Positions 1-10,105 of a stretch of DNA of 64,000 nucleotides are shown here, in pieces (the stretch's first letter is position 1; each line of letters starts with the position of its first letter). Below the pieces are notes generated by a model. It had not been told where the DNA came from and ran no database searches. It saw only the letters and a list, made by a program, of their open reading frames with translations. The position numbers were made by a program, and so were the translations under genes. The stretch is from Rebecca billardiae RCC1528 (lineage: Eukaryota > Protista > Haptophyta). The stretch spans positions 1,178,001 to 1,242,000 of the forward strand of contig OZ251235.1 in assembly GCA_965240325.2 (NCBI GenBank), written 5' to 3'.

Positions 1-2
1 GC

Positions 3-1008
3 CTACGTGCTCTGAGTGACGGAGACACGCTGCACACGCGTTCACGCCGTCTCGTGCTTCGAACAGCCACTAGTCTTGCCCTGGGCGCGCTGTGCAGCCC
101 TAGCTCAGATGTAGCTGCCGCCGCGGAGGGAGGCACACTCGCGTGTGGCGGGTACTGGGACCCGCCGTTGTCGGGTGGAGCTTGCGCCTCTGGCGCTTCG
201 CAGTCACCCGTCGACATCGCGACAAGCAGCGCGGCTGCCGACAGCACGTGCGTTGCCTTGCGCGCCCATTCGCATGCGCGGATGCCTCCGTGCCTCGCCG
301 ACCCAACGCGCGCTGCGTGCGTGCGCGCGTGCGCGCGCGCAGGCCAGCATCCAGGCTGCGCATACACTACCCGCCCAGCGCACCCTTCACGTGGGATGGT
401 CAGAACTGGCAGCTGTGCAACGCCGGCGCAGCGTACGTGAGTGCGCACGGCCGCAGCTATGCGCTGGTCCAATTCCACGCGCACGCGCCCGCGGAGCACA
501 CCCTGGACCGCAGGCGCGCAGCCGCCGAGCTGCACTTCGTGCACCAGGAGCCGTCGAGTGGGGAGCGCCTCGTGCTCGCAGTCTTCTTGTCCGGCGGCGC
601 GTCTGACCCGCAGTCGCCATTCCTCGAGCAGCTCGTGCGCTCAGCGCAGGTACGCGCGCGCGCGCGCCCCGTGCCCGGGGCACTGGCGCGCCCTGCGCCA
701 GCGCGCGCAGGGCGTGCGTAACCCCCGCGCCCCCTGCGCCCACTCAGGGTGACCGCGACACGAAGCACTACATCTCGCTCGCGGCTGGCCCACTGCTTCG
801 CGGGGTGGTCTCGCATGGCTTCTACCAGTACACTGGCAGCCTGACCACCCCACCGTGCAGCGAGGGCCTCCAGTGGTTTGTGAGCAAGTACGTCGAGCCC
901 GCGCCCACGTCCCAGGTCTGCCGCGCTGATGCCGGGCGGCACATCTTCAAGCGCGCACGCCCCACCCTGGAGCTGAACGGGCGCCAGGTGCGACAGACGA
1001 TCGAATGA
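3..1008 (+). CDS. Alpha-class carbonic anhydrase, 5'-truncated by the window; exons <3-247, 343-649, 748-1008; twin-arginine-like signal
   Basis: Motifs QSPVDI, QFHAH (Zn ligands), AEH, AELHFVH, LVLAVF, FYQYTGSLTTPPCSEGLQW and RPTLELNGR. Introns 248-342 (GTGCGT..GCAG) and 650-747 (GTACGC..TCAG) join the three frames exactly. The frame is open from base 3 with no ATG, so the start lies upstream. Confidence 0.9.
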
Positions 1009-1113
1009 TGACACTGCTGCTGAGTGCTCATGCATGAATGCGCAGTCATATGAATACATATATGTCGATATGACGAAGATATAAGCTACTGGCTATACAG
1101 ATATGCTGAGCAG

Positions 1114-1176
1114 TCATGGCGCATGCCCCCCCCGAAAGGTCTGAGCGTGAGCGAAAGCCGGGGGGGGCGGCGCACG
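1114..1176. repeat. 63-bp GC-rich hairpin-forming dispersed repeat, copy 1
   Basis: Reverse complement of 28504-28566 with 1 mismatch. Confidence 0.9.
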
Positions 1177-2620
1177 ATATGCTACTGGCAACTGCGCGAG
1201 CTCACCTGACAATAATGGTCCATCGACTTCGAGCGGCAGCATACAGTAGTCGGTGACAGTAGCTAGGCTACTCAACTGACTGAGTGACTGCATGAGTGTG
1301 TCGTTGACGTCTTGGTCGACAGGAGGCACCCCCGCCTGACCGATGGCTGCAGTAGAGAGTGACGACAGCACTACGGAGAAAGAGTAGTCAGTGAGTCAGC
1401 AGCTGAATATGTGATTTGAACGAGCGACGACGACGGCTCTGCTGCTTACCCGGGTGCTGTGATCAGGCCAGAGTCTGAGTCTCACTCGGGCCCAGAGCGC
1501 AGATCGGTGCCTGAGCTGTGAGCAGAGTGCACACGTGAAGATAGCTGACCATCTAGGGATCGAATTGTGCAACCGGTGACCGACCTGCACAGCCCTACAT
1601 ATCTATCTGCAACGTCATGAGCGCATCCCGGGACCGATTCGATCATGACGACGATGTCAACCGACGACGAATCACGAAGTTTCACGACGGACGAATAGGT
1701 TAATTGTAATTTATTTTGTGGCCCGCGGTGCAGGGCGGAGCGCGCAGCGTGGAGCCCGCACCAGCGGGCCCGAACCACGTTTCAAAAAGATCTTTGATCA
1801 AGAAAAAAGGGACGGGGGGCGATTTTTAGGGCTGGCGGAGACCGAGTTTCGAGTTTTTGAGATCGCATAGAGAGGTCTATTAGGCCGAAAATAACCGCGC
1901 CCAGCTGATTCCCTTAAGTAAAGTGCGATCTGGACGTCAGCTGGACGTGACATTAGTGTAACGGTTCGTTACGAGCGCGATTTTGTGGGTAGACTCTCGT
2001 TCATGTGTGATAGTTTGCCTCCGCCTTGATGAATATGAACTTGGCTTCGCGGCGGTTGGTATCTAGAGTCTAAAACCCGCAAGCCTTATTGAAAATACCC
2101 GCGCAGCTATTCGTTGCCAGCCCATTCCATAGTCACTGACTTACCGAGCTGGCGAGCTCAAAACCTGCCGCCGTCGCAAGCACGTGACGCGCAGGTAGTC
2201 CTTCGGGGTGGCGAGCGAGCCGCGACGACTCTTGGTCCAAGCCTCCAAGGGGGCGCTCGATGGGCAGGTGCGCGTGGCAAGTGCCGAGTGGCGCCTGGAG
2301 CGCGCGTCTGCGGCGGGTCCCGACGGCCGTCGACATCGCGTTCGTGCCCGCTCACTAGTCACTCCGCACGCCCCTGCCGCGCCCTGTCGATGCCTGCGCG
2401 GCCGGCCGGCGCGCGGCCGCGCCGCCGCCGCCGCAGCCGCCGCCCTGTGTTCGGGCTCTCGCAAGCTCGGGGGCAGCGGCGCATGATGCCGGACTGATCG
2501 ATCTCTGAGTCTCCGACTTCACCACACGCCCCCCTTGCCATGCCTCTCCGCCAGGGTCTCCCAGAACTCTTCTTCAGAGCAGGCGCAAGTCGAACTCGGA
2601 ACTGGCCGCGGCCCCGCGCG

Positions 2621-3120
2621 CCGTCGGCTCCCCGTGGCTGTCAGCTCCGCGTGGCCTGGGCGCCTGGCGTGCCCAGAGCTGGCCGTGCCTCTGCGACGCG
2701 TGCCGAGCCTGACCGAGGTGTGTCACCCCGTGCACGCGCGGCGCGCGCAAGCACCGGTGCTGCATGGCTGCTCGCACCGTGCTCCCTGGCTCGCGGTCAG
2801 TCAGCTCGGCCGCGTGGTGCCTGGTGTGCACGTAGAGTCGCGCTCATGCGTCGCTCACGCCTCGCGCCCGCCTGTCGGCCGTCGCGCAGGCGCGCAGGTC
2901 GAACCCTACTGACCTGCAGATCATCTACTCCTGCGCTGCTGGCGTCGCGGCGACGACGGTCAGCGGCAGGCCCGAACGAACGGTCGAATCCGCGCGGTCC
3001 CGCGCCGTCCGGCTCCCTGGCTGTCAGTCAGCTCCGCCGGTGGCCTGGCGTGCAACAGTCGCGCTCGTGCGTCGATCACGCCGAGTCGCATCCGCCTGTC
3101 GGCCGTCGCGCACGCGCAGG
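2621..3120 (+). repeat. Three degenerate direct repeats (about 2621-2672, 2781-2898, 3010-3120)
   Basis: Shared blocks GCTCCC(C/T)..GGCT..GTCAGCTC..GTGG..CCTGG.GTGC. Copies 2 and 3 also share AGTCGCGCTC.TGCGTCG.TCACGCC and CCGCCTGTCGGCCGTCGCGCA..CGCAGG. Confidence 0.7.
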
Positions 3121-3340
3121 GGGTCAGGTAAGGGCCGTCTGTGATGAGGGCAGCTCGGCCGACGACCGACATCCACACTCGGCGCACGCCGGCGGCGGCG
3201 CGGCGCTGGGGCGGCGCGCCGCTGGATGGAGTCTAGTTACACGTGTACGGGACGACTGCGACGGAGGGTGCACCGCCACCGCGGGCCCCGAACTACGTTC
3301 GTTCTACGGAAAAGGACCGCGGAACGCGGTCATACTAATA

Positions 3341-4146
3341 TATTGGGTAAACGCGAGCTCCGAGCGTCTCGAGCCCTGCTAAAAGCTCACCGGCACGTCC
3401 TCGGGCGCGTCGTCGGTGACGCCCACGAAGGCAATCTCGACCCTCGCTCCTCTGACGAGCGAAGCTAACCTCCCGCCGAGCTCTTTTCGGGTCCGGCGGG
3501 GTGACCCGGCGTTTGCTGGCCCGGCTCGGGGAATCTCAATGATTCCGAGCCGCACGCCCCGTGCGTCAACCAATCACAGGTGTTCCCGACGCACCGCCGT
3601 AACTGCTGGTCGCACACGGTTTCTGGATCCGTGTACCCGTTGAATCCGGACGTCCTCGTCCGTGATGAATTTCTGGATGAAACGGTCGTGTTTGCGTTCT
3701 CGAGAACTCCAACACGCTTCCACGATGGCGGCCGGGCCATGCCCGTGCGACGTCACCGTGCCGCGCTGCGCCGGGCCGTACCGCCCGCGCACGCGCCGCG
3801 TCCGTGTCGCTCCGCGTCCGCGCTGCCGCGTCCGCGCTCCGCGTCCACGTCGATCCGCGCCAGCGCTGCTGCGCTCGCGCTCCTGCCGCCGCGCGCGCCG
3901 CGCGCGCGCGCCGNNNNNNNNNNNNNNNNNNNNNNNNNNNNNNNNNNNNNNNNNNNNNNNNNNNNNNNNNNNNNNNNNNNNNNNNNNNNNNNNNNNNNNN
4001 NNNNNNNNNNNNNGCGCGCGCGCCGCCAGAGCCAGCCACTGCTCCGTAGCTGATGCCGCCGGCCCGCCTGGTGCGGCGCCGGCCCTGACGTCCCAGCGGC
4101 GACGCCATCTGCTGAGATGCGCGCCCCAGGCTGCGTCAGCTCAACA
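3341..4146 (-). repeat. 3' LTR (contains a 100-N assembly gap at 3914-4013)
   Basis: Matches 10105-10798 apart from one visible substitution (CACCGGCAC vs CACCTGCAC) and the gap. Reads TGTTG...CAATA on the minus strand. Confidence 0.95.
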
Positions 4147-4155
4147 CCCCCCCTC
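4147..4155 (-). other. Polypurine tract
   Basis: GAGGGGGGG directly abuts TGTTGA of the 3' LTR on the minus strand. Confidence 0.85.
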
Positions 4156-4182
4156 GACAGCCATAGCCGCGAGCTGCGCCGT

Positions 4183-7100
4183 TTACCGCGCGCGCGTCGG
4201 GTGTCGCTCCACCATGATGGCGTCGACGTGCCGCTTGAACGTCGCACCGTCCGTCGCCTTCGTCATGATGTCAGAGTGGTTGAGTGAGGTGTGTACCTTG
4301 ACCACCTTCACCTTGCCACCCTCCTGCGCGTCACGCACATAGTGATGCTTGATCTCGATGTGCTTCGAGCGCTTGTGGTGCACAGGATTCTCTACGAGGT
4401 CGATAGCCCCTTTGTTGTCCTCTCGCACCTCCGTCGCGGCCCGCGGCGGCTGCCGCATGGACTCGAGTATGCTCCGCAAGTAGCTCACCTCGCGGCAGCA
4501 ATCGCTCAGCGCGACGTACTCCGCCTCCGTCGAGCTCAGCGAGACTGTACCTTGCAGCCCGCTGTGCCACGACACCGGCGCCCCATTGTAGAACACAATG
4601 TATCCACCCGTCGACCTGCCCTTGGTCTCCACCGGATTGCTTGCCCAATCGGAGTCAGCGAAAGCAAGTAGGTCGGGGTGCTCGGAATCTGTTGCAAACT
4701 TGAACAAGATTCCCAATCGCGGGCATCCACGTAAGTAGCGCAGCACACGCTTCGCACTTACCAGATCCACCGCCCGCGGACATGACATGCGTCGCGTCAG
4801 CATGTTCACCGCGTGCGCGATGTCCGGCCGCGCCGTGACCATCGCAAACATGAGACATCCCACCATCGCCTGGTAGTTCTCAATCTCCGCGCGCTGCAGC
4901 AACGCCTCGTCGTCGTCGCTCAGCTGCGCCCGCGCCGCCGGCTCCGGCGTGCGCGCCGGCGTGCTCGCGTTCAAACCGAACCGCTGAAGCACGCTCTCGA
5001 CGTACGGCCCCAGATGCATCAGGATGCCGTCGTCATGAACTTCAAACACGGCGCCCAGGAACTTATCGAGCCGCTCACTCAGCTTGATCTCGTAGTGCTC
5101 CTTCAGGTCAGCCGCCAGCTTCTCCACCGCGCGCGCGTCGCGCGTCAGGTTGAGAAACAGCAAGTCGTCGACAAAGCCGCCCGCGATGATGAACTCGCCC
5201 GGCGCCGACTCCTTGACGTAGATGCACGGCGCACTCGGACACTCCGAGAAGCCGCGCGCGAGCAGCTGGGTGCGGTGCGTGCGATGCCACGCGCGCCCAG
5301 ACTGGCGTAGGCCCGGATACGCCTTGAGGCTCCGGCCCACGACTTTGTACCCCGACGGCGCCTGCGTGCTCGGCACGTAGCCCGGCGGGAATGAGAAGAG
5401 AGGCCGCTCATCCGGCTTCAACTCCGAGTTGAGGTACGCGTCCTTGACGTCGCCCTTCGACAGTATGCCCAGCGCCGCAACCGACGCTGCACCCCCAAGT
5501 CAACTCTCGCGCCAGCCTGCTGAGCGGCGATCGCCACGAGTAGTCGCACTTGTTCCGGCCGGATCGTCGGAGCAAAGACCTCCTGAAAGTCGATCCCCGG
5601 CCGCTGTAGGTTCCCCAGTAGCACCGACCGCGCCTTGAAGCGCGTCACCTCGCCCTCCGGGTTCGACTTCACGTCAAAGACCCACTGGCTCGGCAACACC
5701 CGCGTGCCCTCCGGAACCACCACCTCCTCCGAGGTGCCGAGCAACTTGTGACCTTCCAAGTGCTCGAGCATGGCGCCCTGCCACTGGGGCGCCTCCGCCG
5801 ACCGCATCGCCTCGCGATAGTTCGTCGGCACCTTCACGTTGATCTTCTGGAACACCGACGCGGCGCTGACGACGGCAGTAAGCAGCTGCGGCCGTCGGCG
5901 CGACGTCCGATCCCTGCGAAGCGGATCGTGTCCCATATCCAGACCGGGCGGCGGCGCGTCCTCGATCACGCCGTCGTCACCGTCTGCGCCGCGCGGCGGC
6001 CCGCCAGCATCTGCTGCGGTCCCGCGCCGTGATTCCGTCGGCGGTATCTGATCCTGCCGACCCGGCTGCGTCATCGACGCGCCTGCCCCGCCACGCCCGC
6101 CCTGCGGCGTCGGCGTCGACGGCTGTGCGCCCGCGCTGCTGCACCCGCGTTGTCCCGCGTCCACGCTGCTGCGCCCGCGCCCCGACGTTGACGCATCTGC
6201 GTCGTCGTCGTACCCGACGTCGAACTCTGTCGCGTCGTCATTCCCGGCGTCGGCTGGCGTCTCGCCACCGTCGCCGTCCTCGTCCTCACCGTCGGCGTCA
6301 CCGCCGACTGGACGATGTCCGCCGCTTACCGCGGCGCCGTCACCATCACCCACGTACGCGCCACCGTCAGGTGCGCCCAGCGACGAGTGCCCCCCCTCGA
6401 CCAGGTCGGTCTCGTCGATGCGTACATCACGTGAGTGAACGAGACGTCCGTCGTCTAAACGACATACGTACCCAAGCACGTAGCGCCATGTACCGCGCCA
6501 CTGCACGCCGTGCCCACCCCAGAGATAGACACGTCCGGGTAGTGCGCGCTGCTTCAGCTGCCCCAATGCATTGCGCCGTGCGCCCAGCATCAGCACGCGG
6601 CAGCGCGCGCCAAACGCCACGTGATGCTTCCACGTCGGACGTTTGCCAAAGAACAGCTCATCCGGCGTGAGCCACTCAATGTCTCCATCGTCACGAATGA
6701 TACCACGTGACGCCAGTCGATTGCGCGACGCGCATGCGTGCCACGCCGCGTAGTGCCAATCGACCCTCGAGACTCCACGCGCAACGACCGTGGCGCGCAG
6801 TCTCGACTTCAGCGTGCGGATAGCGCGTTCCGCCACGCCATTCGAGCTCGGCGAGTCGGGCGCCGACGTGACCGTCGACGAGAACCCAAGCTTCGCCAGC
6901 TCACCCTCGACGTACGTACTCAGCAACGTCGAGCCACCGTCGGTGTGAATATGGCGTCGCGCCATAGTACACCCCGACGCCAGGACCCAATGCGACATGT
7001 GCATGGCCCCTGTTCCAAGCAACTGCGCGTACCAGCGGAATGCCCGACCAACCTCGGCGTCATCCAAGCTGCGTAGCGCGTACACTTGCCATCGACGTGA

Positions 7101-7469
7101 ATGCCCATCGATGAATATGATCCCATGAGGATACCCTCCACGTGCGCCATCGGCCCCAACTGGTAAGTCGATCCGCGCCATAGAGAAGATGTCGACGTGC
7201 GTCACCTGCCCAGGGTAGTGCGCCGTCGGCATCGCGTCCGCGAACGACCGCCGCGTCATGCCCGCCGCCGACTGCTCGTCAAGCGGCTCACGCCGCGCGT
7301 TCGCCCCCTCCATCCCCTCGGCCACGCGTCGCGTGCGCTCGAGTAGACGTTGGTCATTGGTGCCCGTTCGAACCGACCAAGTGCGTAACCACGCCGGATC
7401 AGCGCCTCGCGCCGCCTCCGTAGTAGTAGTGGTATCAGATACCGTAGTGGTTGTGTTTGTGGCTCGCAC
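4183..7469 (-). CDS. pol: Copia Pol: integrase, reverse transcriptase and RNase H, with a frameshift near 5492-5496
   Basis: INT: HVDIFS, IIFIDGHSR, HTDGG, SSNGVAERAIRTL. RT: WVFDVK, RFKARSV, EVFAP, GDVKDAYLN, YPGLRQSGRAW, FVDDLL, RPDIAHAV. RNase H: AFADSDWA, SSTEAEY, EDNKGA, SKHIEIKHH, SDIMTK. Adding one G to the G5 run restores ...DLGGAASVAALGILSKGDVKDAYLN. Confidence 0.9.
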
Positions 7470-7486
7470 CTGCGCGGGTTCCGGGC

Positions 7487-10105
7487 TTAGGCGTTTGGGG
7501 GCGGCGCAGCGCCAACGCGCCCCCGCCCCGCGCCCACGCGCCGCACTGGCGCCCTGCGCCGTGCGCGCGCCTCCGCCGGCGCATCGCCGACGTCCGGCCC
7601 CACCTGGCGCCGTACGATCTCGGCGCGCAGCGTGGAATCGCGCGGCAGCTGCACGACGCCGCCTCCCAGCGCCGTAAAGTCCGCAGTGTTGCCGCGCTGC
7701 GAGTAGTGGAACTCGATGCCTGCGTCCGCGCAGTGCTCGACCGACAGCAGCGGCGCCGTGACGCGCCGCGACGCCCACGCCTCGATCTCGAGCGTGAGGA
7801 CCTTGTCGCTGTCATCGTCCGCCGCAAGCTTGACCACCAGGGTCCCGCGGTGAGTGACCCGCTCCCGCGCACCGTTCCCCCACTCGATCTGACATGCGCC
7901 GTCCACCGGGGTAAGATTCGTCAAATCCTCGGCCATGGCGATGTTCTTCCGTGCGCCAGTGTCAAACACCAACGCCCGCGTGTTGTCCTCCGGCGGCGCC
8001 ACGCGTGCCTCGGCCGCCCGCGCCGCGACGATCTCGATGTCCTCGTCGCGCTGCGCTCTGCCGCCGATAGCCGCGCCAATAGGCGCCAAGCCGAGTCCGG
8101 CGCCGGCGCCGCCGCCGTCTCCGGCGTCAGCGTCACCGTCGCCACCAACGGCGCCGTCTGGCTCGTCCCCCTGCTCGGGAGCGAACGCGACCTGCGTGCG
8201 GACCGTGCCGCCGCCGTTGCCATTACCGACCACGGCGCGGGTGCTGCCCCCGCCACCGCCGCCGCCACCGCCACCGCCGCTCCGATGTGAGCCACGGCTG
8301 CGATCCGACCGCGTCGACGCCGCGTCATCGCCAGCGTTCGAGTCGCGATCAGCCTGCGTCACCTGCGGGCAGTAACGCTTGATATGCCCCACGGCGCCGC
8401 ACTTGTAGCAGCGCGGCCCGTGCGCGTCGTCGGAGTCGTCCTGGCCTCCGCGGCCGGCGCCGCGGCCAGTGCCGCCGCCGCCACAGCCACGACCTCCGCC
8501 GCCGCCACCACGGCCAGCCGGCGACGTCGTGTCGCCGCCGCCGCCACCCGCCGACGCCGCCGCCGCCTGCGCCAGGCGGAGCCCGTCGATTGGGTGCGCG
8601 CGGGTAGCGCCGCCGCCTCCTGGCGTGCGGCCACCCGCCCCTGGGCGCCCAGGGCCGCCGCGGTCAACCCGCTTGCCCTTGGAGAAGTCCCAGTCCTCGA
8701 ACTTGCCGTTGAGCTCGTGCACGAGCTCCTGCACGTCGAAGTTCGTCACGGTCCTGTAGTCCTTCGACTCGTACCGCGTCCGCATCTCGATGCCCGCGCC
8801 CACCGGCGGAATGAACTCGATGAGCCGCGCAAGCATCTCCGCCGCTGGCGCTGCGTCACTCAGCTCCTGCAGCAGCACGTGGTTGTGCTGTAGCACCTGG
8901 AAGAGCTCGAGTGCGCCGACGCCGTCCTTGCCGCAGTCCGGCAGGACCGTCCGATGCCAGCGTGCCCGCACCGACATGTACTTCCGCATGTCGTCGGGCT
9001 TGCGCATGCGCAGGATCGCCTTCCACAGGTACAGGAACTCGCGCCCCGGCGTAAGTGCGCCCAGGCGCGCGCGCTCCTCCTGCACCTCCGGCTGCGTCTC
9101 CATGAGGCGGTTGATGTGCTGCCACGCAGCCTCCGTCACCCACGACCGCAGCTCGGTGCGTAAGAAAGCCGTCCCTTTCTCGTACTGCGCCCCGGCGTAC
9201 TTGGCGGGGTCCGCCTCGTCGCCGTCCGGCGCTGCCTCCAACACGCTCTGTCGGAGCTTGATGTCCAGCATGGCGTGCTCGCTCGCCTGCCGCTCATACA
9301 TCTGTTCCTCGGTCTCGCGCTCGCGGCGGTAGAGCTCGCGCGCGCGCGGATCGAGCGTCACGGCAGCGCCGCCCGCGGGCGCCGCGCCACCGATCCCGCC
9401 GGCGCCGCCCGTAGGCACCGCGCCGACGCCGGCGCCGCCCACAGGCGTCGCGCCGTCAGTCCCAGCCGGCGCACCTGCCGCGCCGCCTGTGCCCACACCC
9501 GGACCGGGTGTACCGGCCGCCGGACCCGGAAAAATTCCGGATCCGCCGCCCGCCGCCGGACCTGAACCCGGTCCGGTCGCCGTCGGGCCGCCCGGAGTGG
9601 CTAAACCACTCCCCGCGCCCGCCGAGGCAGCCTGCGCGTAGCTTGGCGCCTGCCTCGCCCCCGCCGCCGCCGCCGCGCGTTCCGCCGCGGCCCGGCGCTC
9701 GGCGTGCTCGCGGCGCTCGTGCTCGTGGCGATGATCGAGCAGCCGCTGCTGCAGCGCGTAGTTCTCACGCGCCAGGTCCATCCGCTCGGCACTGACCTTG
9801 ATCATCTTCGCCGCGGATGGGTTGAATGTCTCCCACGTCGAGTTGTACTCCTCGAGCGTGTTGATGCGGTGCTCCGCGTTCGGGCCGTGCGTCACGATGA
9901 TGCCGTTCAGTGCGGACATCGTAGCACCTTGCCCCGCCGGAAGCGCCGCCAGCCTGCTCGCCGATTGCGCGAGCCAGCGCTGCTGATTGCCCTTGTCGTT
10001 GAGCATCCCCACGTCGACCGAGCCGTGCATCCGGCCGCTCGTGCCCATCGGCGCGATCGATGAGAAAGCGCCGCGCGTACGATCCCTCCCGATCGCTGCA
10101 TGCAT
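7487..10105 (-). CDS. gag: Copia Gag-protease (872 aa)
   Basis: Zinc knuckle CYKCGAVGHIKRYC and aspartic protease LVFDTGARKNI...LLSV. Ends at TAA 7489-7487. Confidence 0.9.
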   Translation of the reverse strand: MHAAIGRDRTRGAFSSIAPMGTSGRMHGSVDVGMLNDKGNQQRWLAQSASRLAALPAGQGATMSALNGIIVTHGPNAEHRINTLEEYNSTWETFNPSAAKMIKVSAERMDLARENYALQQRLLDHRHEHERREHAERRAAAERAAAAAGARQAPSYAQAASAGAGSGLATPGGPTATGPGSGPAAGGGSGIFPGPAAGTPGPGVGTGGAAGAPAGTDGATPVGGAGVGAVPTGGAGGIGGAAPAGGAAVTLDPRARELYRRERETEEQMYERQASEHAMLDIKLRQSVLEAAPDGDEADPAKYAGAQYEKGTAFLRTELRSWVTEAAWQHINRLMETQPEVQEERARLGALTPGREFLYLWKAILRMRKPDDMRKYMSVRARWHRTVLPDCGKDGVGALELFQVLQHNHVLLQELSDAAPAAEMLARLIEFIPPVGAGIEMRTRYESKDYRTVTNFDVQELVHELNGKFEDWDFSKGKRVDRGGPGRPGAGGRTPGGGGATRAHPIDGLRLAQAAAASAGGGGGDTTSPAGRGGGGGGRGCGGGGTGRGAGRGGQDDSDDAHGPRCYKCGAVGHIKRYCPQVTQADRDSNAGDDAASTRSDRSRGSHRSGGGGGGGGGGGSTRAVVGNGNGGGTVRTQVAFAPEQGDEPDGAVGGDGDADAGDGGGAGAGLGLAPIGAAIGGRAQRDEDIEIVAARAAEARVAPPEDNTRALVFDTGARKNIAMAEDLTNLTPVDGACQIEWGNGARERVTHRGTLVVKLAADDDSDKVLTLEIEAWASRRVTAPLLSVEHCADAGIEFHYSQRGNTADFTALGGGVVQLPRDSTLRAEIVRRQVGPDVGDAPAEARARRRAPVRRVGAGRGRVGAAPPPNA

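Noticed and set aside
1125-1168. Hammerhead ribozyme or group II intron domain V in the 63-bp repeat
   Set aside because: CTGA and GAAA are present, but the CUGANGA core, stem geometry and the D5 AGC-triad helix do not fit.
3914-4013. Length difference between the two LTRs
   Set aside because: It is a 100-N placeholder. The flanks overlap a (GC)n stretch that is continuous in the other LTR, so this is an assembly artefact.
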